Shown here piece by piece: positions 1 to 12,180 of a stretch of DNA of 55,850 nt. Both the position numbers and the translations under genes were made by a program. Numbering within the stretch: the stretch's first letter is position 1; every line of letters starts with the position of its first letter. Origin of the DNA: Anaeramoeba ignava BMAN (Eukaryota; Protista; Anaeramoebae); assembly GCA_028826165.1 (NCBI GenBank), contig JAPDFW010000042.1, positions 1 through 55,850 on the forward strand, written 5' to 3'. The notes under the pieces are model-generated. The model saw only the letters and a program-made list of their open reading frames with translations, ran no database searches and was not told where the DNA came from.

Positions 1-1997
1 AAGATGATCCATTTTAGAAAGATATTTTACTTTTTAATAAATCTTCATAAATCAGAATTTTTAAATCCATCATAAGAATTTTGATCCATTAAAAATGAAA
101 ATAATTTTCTGAGCCTAAATTAAAGTATTTAGTAAAAATCATAATTAAAGAATTTGTAATATTTTGTTTTTAAAAAGAATTACTTCATCAAACATATTTT
201 AATGAAAAATCATTTTGTTCCACTTTTATTTGAAATTTCATTTCTTGTTTGTGAATCAATATTGATTTCAAATAAACTTTCGTTTTTCACAAATTTTTCA
301 TAAATATTTTTAGCTAAATTTTCGATATTCTAAAATGAAATTTTTGATTTTGATTTTGATTTTGATTTAATTTAGAATTTGATTTTTAATTTGATTTTGA
401 TTTAATTACTTCCTCTTTAATTTTTTAAATTCATTAACTTCAAGATAAAACATTAAATTTTCTTGATTATATTGTTGAGTTAAATATTCTTTTTAAAAAT
501 TCAACTGCATATGAATTTTTGAAGAACATCTTGTAAAGTAGAAAAATTGATTGAAGATTCTTCATTTATTTTGGTTTAATTTGAGAAATTCCATTTTCTT
601 GAATTTCTTGAAAAGATGGAATTCTAATTGCAAGAACTTGATTGTCGTCTTGAATTTATAACAAAAATTTAAAAATTATTAATTTTAAAATTATTTTAAG
701 AATTAAAATTTATAAGAACATGAAAATACTTTTGAAAGTTTTGGAAGAATCAGAATTTGGATTATCAAAAACAGTGAATTCTTTCAAATGTTCATTTTCA
801 TGAATTGATAATGGACTTGAATTTAGATTTCTATCAATAGTATTGTTCAGTAAATTTGAATCATCAAACCCAATAGCCTATATATAAAATAAAAATATTT
901 ATAAATTTAATATATTTAATAAAATATTTAAATTCAAAAATATTTAATAAAATAAATTTAAAAATATTTAATAAAATATTTATAAATTCAAAATATTTTA
1001 ATAAAATATTTATAAATTCAAAATATTTAATAAAATATTTAATAAAATATTTATAAATTCAAAAATATTTAATAAAAATTTAATAAAATATTTATAAATT
1101 TACAATAACTTTCTGAATCATAACTATCAGACATTTCAGAAACACGATCTTCATTTCCTGTTAAATTTGAATCATTGGGATTATTAGAATCAAAACCATC
1201 AGTAATATTATTATCAGTACTAGAAGTATATTCATGAATACTTCTCTTTTAGATATTGATATTCACTCATTAAAGCTCTATTTTCATTATTTTTCAGCAA
1301 TTTGAAGCCTTAAAAGCTGTTTTTGCGCTCTTGCATTGATAAGTAAGTATTGATTCAGAAATTAAATCTCTTTGTTCTTTTCAAACAAGAGTTTATTGAG
1401 GATTTTGAGCAAATTATTTTTCATTATGAAGAAATTGAATAAGAATTTTGTTCTTTGTTCTCTTTCTTTGTAAAAACCAATTGATTTTTAAGTGAATTTA
1501 ATTGTTGTTGATGTGAATTATTTTTGATTAAAAACTAGTTAAATTTTTGAATAACGTTATTCAATTCTTCAGAAAGTTGATCGTTAATTTGTTTGTTTGA
1601 AAGTGAAATAACTTGTAAAAAGAAACATGAGATTCTAATTTTTGACAGTTGAATGTAAAGTTGAAGTTAAATTTGAATGAAAAATTTGAAATATTATTTG
1701 GAACTGAATTTGAATGAGAAATTGAAATTGAAATTGATTTAAATTTGAATTTAAATTTGAATTTGAAATTGAATTTGAAATTGAAATGGTTGTTTTTGAT
1801 TAATTTTTCTTCAAGTTTTCTTTAATTCTAATCGTAAAAATTTGTTTTATTCGTTGTTTCTTTCAATTTATTTTTGGACTTGTTCGATTTTTAAATCTTG
1901 GATTTGTTGATTGAACTCTAATTATATTTTGTTTTTGTTGTAAAAGTGTGGCAAATTTTCCTTTTAATTTATAAAAATATTGCTTATTTGTTTTCAT
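1..1997 (-). other. Disrupted hypothetical gene (coiled-coil and low-complexity), with introns; 3' end unclear
   Basis: Minus-strand ATG at 1997 (MKTNKQYFYKLKGKFATLLQQKQN...). Codon-like Q/E/K/S-rich stretches follow, with a GT..AG intron at 1103..878 filled with satellite. No ORF of 60 aa or more, so there are many indels. Confidence 0.4.
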
Positions 1998-2272
1998 TTT
2001 GGAAAATAAAAAAGAAAAGAAAAATAAATTTTTTTTTTAATTGAAAAATTAAATTTTTTTTTTGCTTTTTTTTTATTTTTTTTAATTTTAATTTTGATTT
2101 TTTTGTTTCTTTTTAAAAATATTAAAATAATTCTTTTTGTGGATTAATTTTTAATTGAAATGTTTTTTATTTTAATTAAAAGGAAAAAATTTTTTCTTTT
2201 TTTTTTTTTTGTTTTTCTCCTTTTATTCTCCATTTTTCAATTAAAAATTCTTTTTCATTTTTCTTTTTTAAA

Positions 2273-4120
2273 ATGAATGATTGTTTATTTTTGGTTCAAA
2301 TCAAAAACCAAAACTTATAAAAAATAAACCAAATGAAATAAAAACCAATTCAATTTAAATTTGAAAATGAAAATGAAAATGAAAATGAAAAACAAATTAA
2401 ACAAATTTCATCAAGTTTTTCAATAATTTTCCTTTTTAAAAATGGAAAAGCAATAGAATATTTAAGAGATTCAAAACAAAATCCTTCAAAAATCCAAATT
2501 GAAAATATACAAAAAGTAACTGTTGGTGCTCTAAATGAAACTATTTTAACAATAGAAGGAAATGTATTTGCAAAAGGAATGAATATTAATCCAAAAAATC
2601 CATATCAATTTATCAATATTTCATCATTGATTGAAGATACAAATGATAGAATAATTCAAGATATTGTTTCTGGATATAATTCAATTTACTTATTAACTTC
2701 AAATCAAAATGTTTATGGAATTGGTGATAATGAACATGGTCAATTTGGTTTTGATTCTGTAACACTTAGAAAAACAGAAAAACCAGTTTTAATGATGAAA
2801 AATGTTTCTAAAATATTTTCAGGAAATTCTTCAAAATATGTTTTTCTTTTAAATCCAAATCAAGAATTATTTGGATGCGGATATAATTATTCAAGTCAAC
2901 TTGGATTAGGAGAATCAAGAAGAAATGAAAAAAAAATCCAAAAATTAACCAAAATCCAAAATATTCCAAAAGGTAAAATAATTGATATTCAATGTGGAAC
3001 TAATCATTCAATAATGTTGATTGAAGATGAAGAAGAAGATCAAAATCCAAAAAGAAAACTTTATTCATGTGGATCTTCTGAATATAATGGACTTGGTAAA
3101 TATGAAAATACTTATGAATTTACTGAAATCAAATCATCTTTATTTGAGAATGATAATCATATTGTTGATTTTTCTGTTGGAAATGTTCATACTTTGATTT
3201 TAACAAAAAAAGGAAAATTAATAGTATTTGGAAGTAATTTATTTGGTGAATTAGGAACTGGAAATACAAAAGATCAATTAATTCCAATTCAAATTGAACT
3301 TCCTAAATTAAGATTTAATAAAGATATTTCCAATTATCATGTTTCTTGTGGATATTTCAATTCATTTATTTATTATTCTCCTTGTCCTTCTTTTTTCAAT
3401 CTTGAAGAAGATTTGATAAAATTATTCAGAAGAAAAGAATTTTGTGATATTTCATTTAAAACCAAAAATGGAGAAATAATTGAAGCTCATAAATTAATAT
3501 TGAAATATAGATTAAATCAAAATCGAATTGAAAAACTTCAAGAAATTATTTCAAAAAAATCAATTAAAGAATCAAATCAAATATTTGAAATGATTTATTC
3601 AAATAATTCTAAAATAAATCCAATATTATATTCAGAAATCAAAGAAATTATAAATTACAATGAAAAAATTGAAGAAACAATGAAAAGAATTTATTTAAAT
3701 GAAAATGAAAAAGATTTTATAATTGAAAGAAAAGAAAAGAAATATAAATTTCCCAAATTAATATTAATAATGAGAAGTGAATTATATCGAGGAATGTTTT
3801 TATCTGTTACAGAAGATAAATCTAATAAAGTTACAGATTATAGTGAATTAAGTAATGAATCATTTCAAATATTAGAATATTGGATTTATTTAAATCAAAT
3901 CAAAGATGAAATTAAAATTAAACAAGAAATTATTCAAGTGGATGATTTTAATGAATTAAACGAGGAAAATTTTGAAATAATTGAATATTTTGAAAAAGAA
4001 ATTCAAATTACACAAGAAATGATTGATGAAATTAAAATTGGAATTGATTATTTTCAATTAAATCAAACAAATCCAAATTTATTTGATTTATTAATTAATA
4101 AATTTAATAATCAAAATTAA
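2273..4120 (+). CDS. RCC1-repeat propeller + tandem BTB protein, copy 1 (5' end frameshifted)
   Basis: ATG at 2273 in the family context (MNDCLF), several 1-nt homopolymer losses before ORF 2579..4120. RCC1 motifs GDNEHGQFG, GCGYNYSSQLGLG, SVGNVHTLILT. BTB motifs FCDISF..IEAHKLIL and FPKLILIMRSELYRGMF. Confidence 0.85.
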
Positions 4121-4282
4121 AATTCAAATTAAAATTTAAAATTAAATTTAATAATCAAAATTAAAATCAAAATCAAAATTAAAATTAAAATTAAAATTAA
4201 AATTAAAATTAAAATTAAAATTAAAAATTAAAATTAAAATCAAAATCAAAATTAAAATTAAAATTAAAATTAAAATTAAAAA
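4121..4282 (+). repeat. (AAAATT/AAAATC)n intergenic spacer; similar tracts at 6140-6250, 8060-8337, 15925-16272, 18145-18622, 20433-20614
   Basis: Direct hexamer periodicity. Confidence 0.95.
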
Positions 4283-4318
4283 TCCAAAAATATTTTTTTC
4301 ATTTTTTTATTTTCAAAA

Positions 4319-6135
4319 ATGAATGATTGTTTATTTTTTGGTCAAAACCAATCACCAAAACTAATTAAAGATAAACCAGAAAAAATAAAAAAACCAATTC
4401 AATTTAAATTTGAAAATGAAAATGAAAATGAAAATGAAAATGAAAAACAAATTAAACAAATTGAATCATCAAATAGATCAGTAATTTTCCTTTTTAAAAA
4501 TGGAAAAGCAATAGAATATTCATTTAATTCAAATCAAAATCCTTCAAAAATCCAAATTGAAGAAAATATTCAAAAAGTAACTATTTGCTCTCAAAATGAA
4601 GCTATTTTAACAAAAGAAGGAAATGTATTGATTAAAGGAGATAATATTAATCCAAATAATCCAAATGAATTTATCAATATTTCATCATTAATTGAAGATA
4701 CAAATGATAGAATAATTGAAGATATTGTTTCTGGAAACAATTCAATTTACTTATTAACTTCAAATCAAAATGCTTATGGAATTGGTGATAATGAATATGG
4801 TCAACTTGGTTTTGATTCTAAAACACTTTATAAAACAGAAAAACCAATTTTAATGATGAAAAATGTTTCTAAAATATTTTCAGGAAATACTTCAGTTTTC
4901 GTTTTTCTTTTAAATTCAAATCAAGAATTATTTGGATGCGGAAATAATGTATACGGTCAACTTGGATTAGGAAAATCAAGAAAAGAAAAAAAAATCCAAA
5001 AATTAACCAAAATACAAAATATTCCAAAAGGTAAAATAATTGATATTAAATGTGGAATTACTCATTCAGTAATGATGATTGAAAATGAAAATGAAAATGA
5101 AAATGAAAATCCAAAAAGAAAACTTTATTCATGTGGATATTATCAATTTAATGGACTTGGCCAAAGAGATGGAGATACTAATGAATTTACTGAAATCAAA
5201 TCATCTTTATTTGAAAATGATGATATTCTTGATATTTCTGTTGGTTATTATCATACTTTGATTTTAACTTCTAATTCGAAATTAATAGTATTTGGAGGTA
5301 ATTATCATGGTCAATTAGGAACTGGAAATACAAAAGTCATTTAATTCCAATTCAAATTGAACTTCCTAAATTAAGATTCGATGAAGATATTTCTAATTAT
5401 CATGTTTCTTGTGGATTCCACAAATCATTTCTTTATTATTCCCCTTTTTCTTTTTCCAATCTTGAAGAAGATTTGATAAAATTATTTGAAAGAAAAGAAT
5501 TTTGTAATATTTCATTTAAAACCGAAAATGGAGAAATAATTGAAGCTCATAAATTAATATTGAAATATAGATTAAATCAAAATGAAAATGAAATTGAAAA
5601 ACTTCAAGAAATTATTTCAAAAAAATCAATTAAAGAATCAAATCAAATATTTGAAATGATTTATTCAAACAAAAAAATAAATCCAAAATTATATTCTGAA
5701 ATTAAAGAAATTATAAATTACAATGAAAAAATTGAAGAAACAATGAAAAGAATTTATTTAAATGAAAATGAAAATGAAAATGAAAATGAAAAAGATTTTA
5801 TAATTGAAAGAAAAGAAAAACAATATAAATTTCCAAAATTAATATTAATAATGAGAAGTGAATTATATCGAGGAATGTTTTTATCTGTAACTGAAGATAA
5901 ATCAAATAAAGTTACAGATTATAGTGAATTAAGTGAAGAATCATTTCAAATATTTGAATATTGGATTTATTCAAATCAAATTAAAAAAGAAATTAAAATT
6001 ACACAAGAAATCATTAATGAAATTCAAATTGGAATTGATTATTTTCAATTAAATCAAACAAATCCAAATTTATTTGATTTATTAATTAACAAATTTAATA
6101 ATCAAAATTATAAAGAAAAATGTTTAATTTTTTGA
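4319..6135 (+). CDS. RCC1 + BTB-BTB protein, copy 2, ends in CaaX (CLIF); one frameshift near 5335
   Basis: ORFs 4319..5344 and 5473..6135 join if one A is added in 'caaaagtcat' (copy 3 reads 'caaaaagtcat'). Confidence 0.88.
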
Positions 6136-6277
6136 AAGTTAAAATTAAAATCAAAATTAAAATTAAAATTAAAATTAAAATTAAAATTAAAATTAAAATT
6201 AAAAATTAAAATTAAAATTAAAATTAAAATTAAAATTAAAAATTAAAATCATTTTTTCATTTTTTTCCTTTTTAAAA

Positions 6278-8059
6278 ATGAATGATTGTTTATTTTTCGG
6301 TTCAAATCAAAAACCAAAACTTATAAAAAATAAACCAAATAAAATAATAAAACCAATTCAATTTAAATTTGAAAATGAAAATGAAAATGAAAATGAAAAA
6401 CAAATTAAACAAATTTCATCAGGAAATTTTTCAACAATTTTCCTTTTTGAAAATGGAAAAGTAATAGAATATTTAAATGAAAATGATTTAAATCAAAATC
6501 CTTCAAAAATTCAAATTGAAAATATTCAAAAAGTAACTGTTGGTGCTCTAAATGAAACTATTTTAACAATAGAAGGAAATGTATTTGCAAAAGGAATGAA
6601 TATTAATCCAAAAAATCCATATCAATTTATCAATATTTCATCATTAATTGAAGATACAAATGATAGAATAATTGAAGATATTGTTTCTGGATATAATTCA
6701 ATTTACTTATTAACTTCAAATCAAAATGTTTATGGAATTGGTGATAATGAATATGGTCAACTTGGTTTTGATTCTGTAACACTTAGAAAAACAGAAAAAC
6801 CAATTTTAATGATGAAAAATGTTTCTAAAATATTTTCAGGAAATTATTCATATTCCGTTTTTCTTTTGAATTCAAATCAAGAATTATTTGGATCTGGAAA
6901 TAATGAATATGGTAAACTTGGATTAGGAGAATCAAGAATCAAAGAAACGAAAATCCAAAAATTAACCAAAATCCAAAATATTCCAAAAGGTAAAATAATT
7001 GATATTCAAACTGGAAATTATCATTCAGTAATGTTGATTGAAAATGAAGATGAAAATGAAAATCCGAAAAGAAAACTTTATTCATGTGGATATTATCAAT
7101 TTAATGGACTTGGCAAAAATAAAAATACTTATGAATTTACTGAAATCAAATCATCTTTATTTGAAAATGATAATATTGTTGATTTTTCTGTTGGAAATGC
7201 TCATACTTTGATTTTAACTTCTAATTCAAAATTATTCGGATTTGGAGATAATTTTTGTGGTGAAATAGGAACTGTATATGCAAAAAGTCATTTAACTCCA
7301 ATTCAAATTGAACTTCCTAAATTAAGATTTAATGAAGATATTTCTAATTATCATGTTTCTTGTGGAAATTCCAAATCATTTCTTTATTATTCTCCTTTTT
7401 CTTTTTCCAATCTTGAAGAAGATTTGATAAAAATATTTAGAAGAAAAGAATTTTGTGATATTTCATTTAAAACCAAAAATGGAGAAATAATTGAAGCTCA
7501 TAAATTAATATTGAAATATAGATTAAATCAAAATGAAAATCAAATTGAAAAACTTCAAGAAATTATTTCAAATAAATCAATTAAAGAATCAAATCAAATA
7601 TTTGAAATGATTTATTCAAACAACTCCAAAATAAATCCAAAATTATATTTTGAAATTAAAGAAATTATAAATTCCAATGAAAAAATTGAAGAAACAATGA
7701 AAAGAATTTATTTAAATGAAAATGAAAATGAAAATGAAAAAGATTTTATAATTGAAAGAAAAGAAAAACAATATAAATTCCCTAAATTAATATTAATAAT
7801 GAGAAGTGAATTATATCGAGGAATGTTTTTATCTGTAACTGAAGATAAATCTAATAAAGTTACAGATTATAGTGAATTAAGTGAAGAATCATTTCAAATA
7901 TTTGAATATTGGATTTATTCAAATCAAATTAAAGATGAAATTAAAATTACACAAGAAATCATTGATGAATTAGAAACAGGAATTGATTATTTTCAATTAA
8001 ATCAAACATATCCAAATTTATTTGATTTATTAATTAACAAATTTAATAATCAAAATTAA
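6278..8059 (+). CDS. RCC1 + BTB-BTB protein, copy 3
   Basis: Intact 593-aa ORF with the same motifs; ends NNQN*. Confidence 0.92.
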   Translation: MNDCLFFGSNQKPKLIKNKPNKIIKPIQFKFENENENENEKQIKQISSGNFSTIFLFENGKVIEYLNENDLNQNPSKIQIENIQKVTVGALNETILTIEGNVFAKGMNINPKNPYQFINISSLIEDTNDRIIEDIVSGYNSIYLLTSNQNVYGIGDNEYGQLGFDSVTLRKTEKPILMMKNVSKIFSGNYSYSVFLLNSNQELFGSGNNEYGKLGLGESRIKETKIQKLTKIQNIPKGKIIDIQTGNYHSVMLIENEDENENPKRKLYSCGYYQFNGLGKNKNTYEFTEIKSSLFENDNIVDFSVGNAHTLILTSNSKLFGFGDNFCGEIGTVYAKSHLTPIQIELPKLRFNEDISNYHVSCGNSKSFLYYSPFSFSNLEEDLIKIFRRKEFCDISFKTKNGEIIEAHKLILKYRLNQNENQIEKLQEIISNKSIKESNQIFEMIYSNNSKINPKLYFEIKEIINSNEKIEETMKRIYLNENENENEKDFIIERKEKQYKFPKLILIMRSELYRGMFLSVTEDKSNKVTDYSELSEESFQIFEYWIYSNQIKDEIKITQEIIDELETGIDYFQLNQTYPNLFDLLINKFNNQN

Positions 8060-8374
8060 AATTAAAATTAAAATTAAAATTAAAATCAAAATTAAAATTA
8101 ATAATCAAAATCAAAATAAAAATTAAAATAAAAATTAAAAATTAAAATTAAAATTAAAAATTAAAATTCAAATTAAAATTAAAATCAAAATCAAAATTAA
8201 AATCAAAATTAAAATTCAAATTAAAATCAAAATCAAAATTAAAATTAAAATTAAAATTAAAATTAAAATTAAAATCAAAATTAAAATTAAAATTAAAATT
8301 AAAATTAAAATTAAAATTAAAATCAAAAATTAAAATCATTTTTTCATTTTTTTCATTTTTTTTCTTTTTCAAAA

Positions 8375-10189
8375 ATGAATGAAATTATATTTTTTGGTGC
8401 AAATTATTTCCCTAAATTTATCATAAATAAACCAGAAAAAATAGTAAAACCAATTCAATTTAAATTTGAAAATAAAAATGAAAATGAAAATGAAGAATTA
8501 AATGAAAAACAAATTAAACAAATTGAATCATCAAAGATTTCACTAATTTTCCTTTTTAAAAATGGAAAAGCAATAGAATATTTAACTGAAAATGATTCAA
8601 ATCAAAATCCTGTTAAAATCCAAATTGAAGAAAATATTCAAAAAGTAACTGTTGGTTTTGAAAATGAAGCTATTTTAACAATGGAAGGAAATGTATTTGC
8701 CAAAGGAAAAAGAATTATTCCACAAAATCCTTATAAATTTATCAATATTTCATCATTAATTGAAGATATAAATGATAGAATAATTGAAGATATTGTTTCT
8801 GGATACAAATCAATTTACTTATTAACTTCAAATCAAAATGTTTATGGAATTGGTTCTAATTATTCTGGTCAACTTGGCTTAAATTATAAATCACTTAGAA
8901 AAACAGAAAAACCAATTTTAATGATGAAAAATATTTCTAAAATATTTTCAGGAAATACTTCATTTCACGTTTTTCTTTTGAATTCAAATCAAGAATTATT
9001 TGGATGCGGAAGTAACGAATTTGGCCAACTTGGATTAGGAGAATCAATATCAGAAGAAGAAACAAAAATCCAAAAATTAACCAAAATCCAAAATATTCCA
9101 AAAGGTAAAATAATTGATATTAAATGTGGATATTTTCATTCAATAATGTTGATTGAAGATGAAAATCAAAATGAAAATCAAAATCAAAATCCAAAAAGAA
9201 AACTTTATTCATGTGGAAGTAAATACAAGAATGGACTTAATCAGCTTGTTAATGAATTTACTGAAATCAAATCATCTTTATTTGAAAATGATAATATTGT
9301 TGATTTTTCTGTTGGTGATGAACATACTTTGATTTTAACATCCAATTCGAAATTAATAGTATTTGGAAATAACTTTAGTGGTCAATTAGGAACTGGAGAT
9401 ACAAAAGATCAAATAATTCCAATTCAAATTGAACTTCCTGAATTAAGATTTAATGAAGAAATTTCCAATTATCATGTTCTTTGTGGATACGAAAAATCAT
9501 TTCTTTATTATTCCCCTTTTTCTTTTTCCAATCTTGAAGAAGATTTGATAAAAATATTTAGAAGAAAAGAATTTTGTGATATTTCATTTAAAACCAAAAA
9601 TGGAGAAATAATTGAAGCTCATAAATTAATATTGAAATATAGATTAAATCAAAATGAAAATGAAATTGAAAAACTTCAAGAAATTATTTCAAATAAATCA
9701 ATTAAAGAATCAAATCAAATATTTGAAATGATTTATTCAAATAGAATAATAAATTCAAAATTATATTCAGAAATTAAAGAAATTATAAATTCCAATGAAA
9801 AAATTGAAGAAACAATGAAAAGAATTTATTTAAATGAAAATGAAAATGATTTTATTATTGAAAGAAAAGAAAAACAATATAAATTTCCCAAATTAATATT
9901 AATAATGAGAAGTGAATTATATCGAGGAATGTTTTTATCTGTAACAAATGATAATTCTAATAAAGTTACAGATTATAGTGAATTAAGTGAAGAATCATTT
10001 CAAATATTTGAATATTGGATTTATTCAAATCAAATTAAAGATGAAATTAAAATTACACAAGAAATCATTGATGAATTAGAAACAGGAATTGATTATTTTC
10101 AATTAAATCAAACAAATCCAAATTTATTTGATTTATTAATTAACAAATTTAATAATCAAAATTATAAAGAAAAATGTTTAATTTTTTAA
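8375..10189 (+). CDS. RCC1 + BTB-BTB protein, copy 4, with CaaX
   Basis: Intact 604-aa ORF; ends YKEKCLIF*. Confidence 0.92.
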   Translation: MNEIIFFGANYFPKFIINKPEKIVKPIQFKFENKNENENEELNEKQIKQIESSKISLIFLFKNGKAIEYLTENDSNQNPVKIQIEENIQKVTVGFENEAILTMEGNVFAKGKRIIPQNPYKFINISSLIEDINDRIIEDIVSGYKSIYLLTSNQNVYGIGSNYSGQLGLNYKSLRKTEKPILMMKNISKIFSGNTSFHVFLLNSNQELFGCGSNEFGQLGLGESISEEETKIQKLTKIQNIPKGKIIDIKCGYFHSIMLIEDENQNENQNQNPKRKLYSCGSKYKNGLNQLVNEFTEIKSSLFENDNIVDFSVGDEHTLILTSNSKLIVFGNNFSGQLGTGDTKDQIIPIQIELPELRFNEEISNYHVLCGYEKSFLYYSPFSFSNLEEDLIKIFRRKEFCDISFKTKNGEIIEAHKLILKYRLNQNENEIEKLQEIISNKSIKESNQIFEMIYSNRIINSKLYSEIKEIINSNEKIEETMKRIYLNENENDFIIERKEKQYKFPKLILIMRSELYRGMFLSVTNDNSNKVTDYSELSEESFQIFEYWIYSNQIKDEIKITQEIIDELETGIDYFQLNQTNPNLFDLLINKFNNQNYKEKCLIF

Positions 10190-10264
10190 AAGTTAAAATC
10201 TTTTTTATTTTTTCGTTTCTTGATCATTATTAGAAAAAAAAAAGAGATGGAATTTTGAACTTGC

Positions 10265-12094
10265 TCAAAGAAAGAAGCATTCAAGTTCAGAAATTTTCCA
10301 AAATCCATCTCTGCCTGCAAAATAATTTTTTGCATGAGTACTTTTTGATTTGATTCCATATGGAAGATGATATGCATAACCAAAACGAGAAGAATCTCCA
10401 GTTGATAAATCAAAAGCAGTAACTGACAAATCTTCATTACCAAAACAAGGTCCATAGCTTGGATCATAAAGAAGAGCAAAAGATTCACGGAAAGATCTAA
10501 CAAATAGTTTTGTGGGACTGGAATTGTGGATATTCTTCAATGAAAATAAATAAGCTTTGGGATCTTTGATTCCCGCTTTCTCAGGTAACGATGGCCAACC
10601 AACTTCGGTAAAACCTCCAAAAATGAATCCGTCATCACTTTTGATAAGAACTAAAGTCGCCCCTTTATTGTCACAATATTCATGAAAGAGTCTTGCTTGG
10701 GAACCATCTCTTTTGGATGAAAACCCCAATTTCATATTATAGAAAAATTGATCGTTATTCATTAAGGTTTTGAGTGTGTTTCTTAGTTGTTCTGAATTCA
10801 CAATGGATGAACTTTCTACATTTGATTCTATTCGTGCTTTTTCCTTTTTTTCTTCTTCTTTCTTCTTCTGGTTTTCCTCTTGAATCAGTTTTTGTTGGAA
10901 AGGTTTCAAAGATTGGATGTCTCGTTCCTTTTGAAAATTTTGATTTCTGAGAAGTTGCACTTCATATCTCAACCCTGCTGTTTCTTGATCTTTTTGGTTG
11001 ATTTCAATCTTCAAACTCAAGATTCTATCCTTGAGTTTTTGGATTTTGTTTTGGGTTTCCATTTTTTCCATCAAATCAACATTTTCCTTGTTTTTTTGCT
11101 CAAGTTCTGATTGGAGATTTTGAATCTGGTTTTCTAGCATTTCGACTCTTGGGTTTTTCTTGATGATATCATTACTCATTTGCTCAAATCCATTCTTCCA
11201 TCTCTCATCATTCTCATTTTGCGGGATTTGTTGTTGGATCTGATTGGTGGCATTCTTTAACGGTTCTTTTGTGAAAGATTGAGCTTTTCTTGGAGAAGAA
11301 TACAGGAAAGAAAACGGAGGAATATTCTGGAATGATGGGAAATAATCCACATTGGAATCAAAGGAATCAATGGATAATTGGGAGAAAAGTGTGTGAATAA
11401 AAGTTTTCAAAGCATTTTTTTCTTTGGTAATTTTTCCGATCTTTTTCGATTGATTTTCAAACCATTTATGAATAAATTCCAAAAAAATTGATTCAAGTTT
11501 TTCTCCTCGGGAAATCTTCTTTTCAACTAATTTCTGGATTTCTTGCATTTCTAAAAGCAATAAACTTGATGAGTTTTTGAGATCATGGAAATTATCAAGA
11601 AGAAAATTAATACAAATATTTTGGATTTCCACTAAATTATTTTTTCCACTCATTTTCAGAAACTCAAAACAATTTGAATGATTCAAATTTTCAATTATTC
11701 TTTCACGAAGAAAATGAGAAAGAAAACCCAATTGGAATTTATTAGAAGCTGTTAAAAATGGGATTAATTCGTGAATGGATTGTTTGCGTAAGTGGATTTT
11801 GCCTGTATAAATATAATAAAGAATAAATTCTATTGTTTCTTGATTGATTCCTTCAAGAAAAATCTCTGAAATTTGTTGTTGACTGAGAATTGCTTTAAAA
11901 AAGGGACTTCTCACACTCAAAATTATTTTATGTGCTTGTAATTCAATTTGTGTTCCCTTTTCTTGAATAAAAATGGAAAAATCTTTGAAAGTATTTTCTA
12001 AAAGGAAATGTGAAAAATCTTGTAGAAGCAAATCTTTGGATTGTTCTGGAAAAATAAATGAATCTGTAAGTTCTGTTCGTTTTTCGTTATTCAT
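10265..12094 (-). CDS. BTB-BACK-coiled-coil-TLDc protein
   Basis: 609-aa intronless ORF. BTB: DFSIFI..LQAHKIILSVRSPFFKAIL..ILYYIYTG. BACK-like: NCFEFL..ICINFLLDNF. Q/E/K coil. TLDc: SSKRDG..FHEYCDNKGATLVLIKS..FIFGGFT..YGPCFG..ISELECF. Confidence 0.9.
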   Translation of the reverse strand: MNNEKRTELTDSFIFPEQSKDLLLQDFSHFLLENTFKDFSIFIQEKGTQIELQAHKIILSVRSPFFKAILSQQQISEIFLEGINQETIEFILYYIYTGKIHLRKQSIHELIPFLTASNKFQLGFLSHFLRERIIENLNHSNCFEFLKMSGKNNLVEIQNICINFLLDNFHDLKNSSSLLLLEMQEIQKLVEKKISRGEKLESIFLEFIHKWFENQSKKIGKITKEKNALKTFIHTLFSQLSIDSFDSNVDYFPSFQNIPPFSFLYSSPRKAQSFTKEPLKNATNQIQQQIPQNENDERWKNGFEQMSNDIIKKNPRVEMLENQIQNLQSELEQKNKENVDLMEKMETQNKIQKLKDRILSLKIEINQKDQETAGLRYEVQLLRNQNFQKERDIQSLKPFQQKLIQEENQKKKEEEKKEKARIESNVESSSIVNSEQLRNTLKTLMNNDQFFYNMKLGFSSKRDGSQARLFHEYCDNKGATLVLIKSDDGFIFGGFTEVGWPSLPEKAGIKDPKAYLFSLKNIHNSSPTKLFVRSFRESFALLYDPSYGPCFGNEDLSVTAFDLSTGDSSRFGYAYHLPYGIKSKSTHAKNYFAGRDGFWKISELECFFL

Positions 12095-12180
12095 TTCTTT
12101 TTGAAAAGCAAAAAAAATAAATTGAAAAGAAAAATGAAATTAAAAAAAAATATTTTTTCATTTTTTTTTCTTTTTCAAAA
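12095..12180. promoter_or_regulatory. Candidate 86-bp bidirectional core promoter with TCATTT elements on both strands
   Basis: Head-to-head ATGs; 'ttttttcattttttttt' on + and 'aaaaatgaaa' (tttcattttt on -). Confidence 0.5.
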
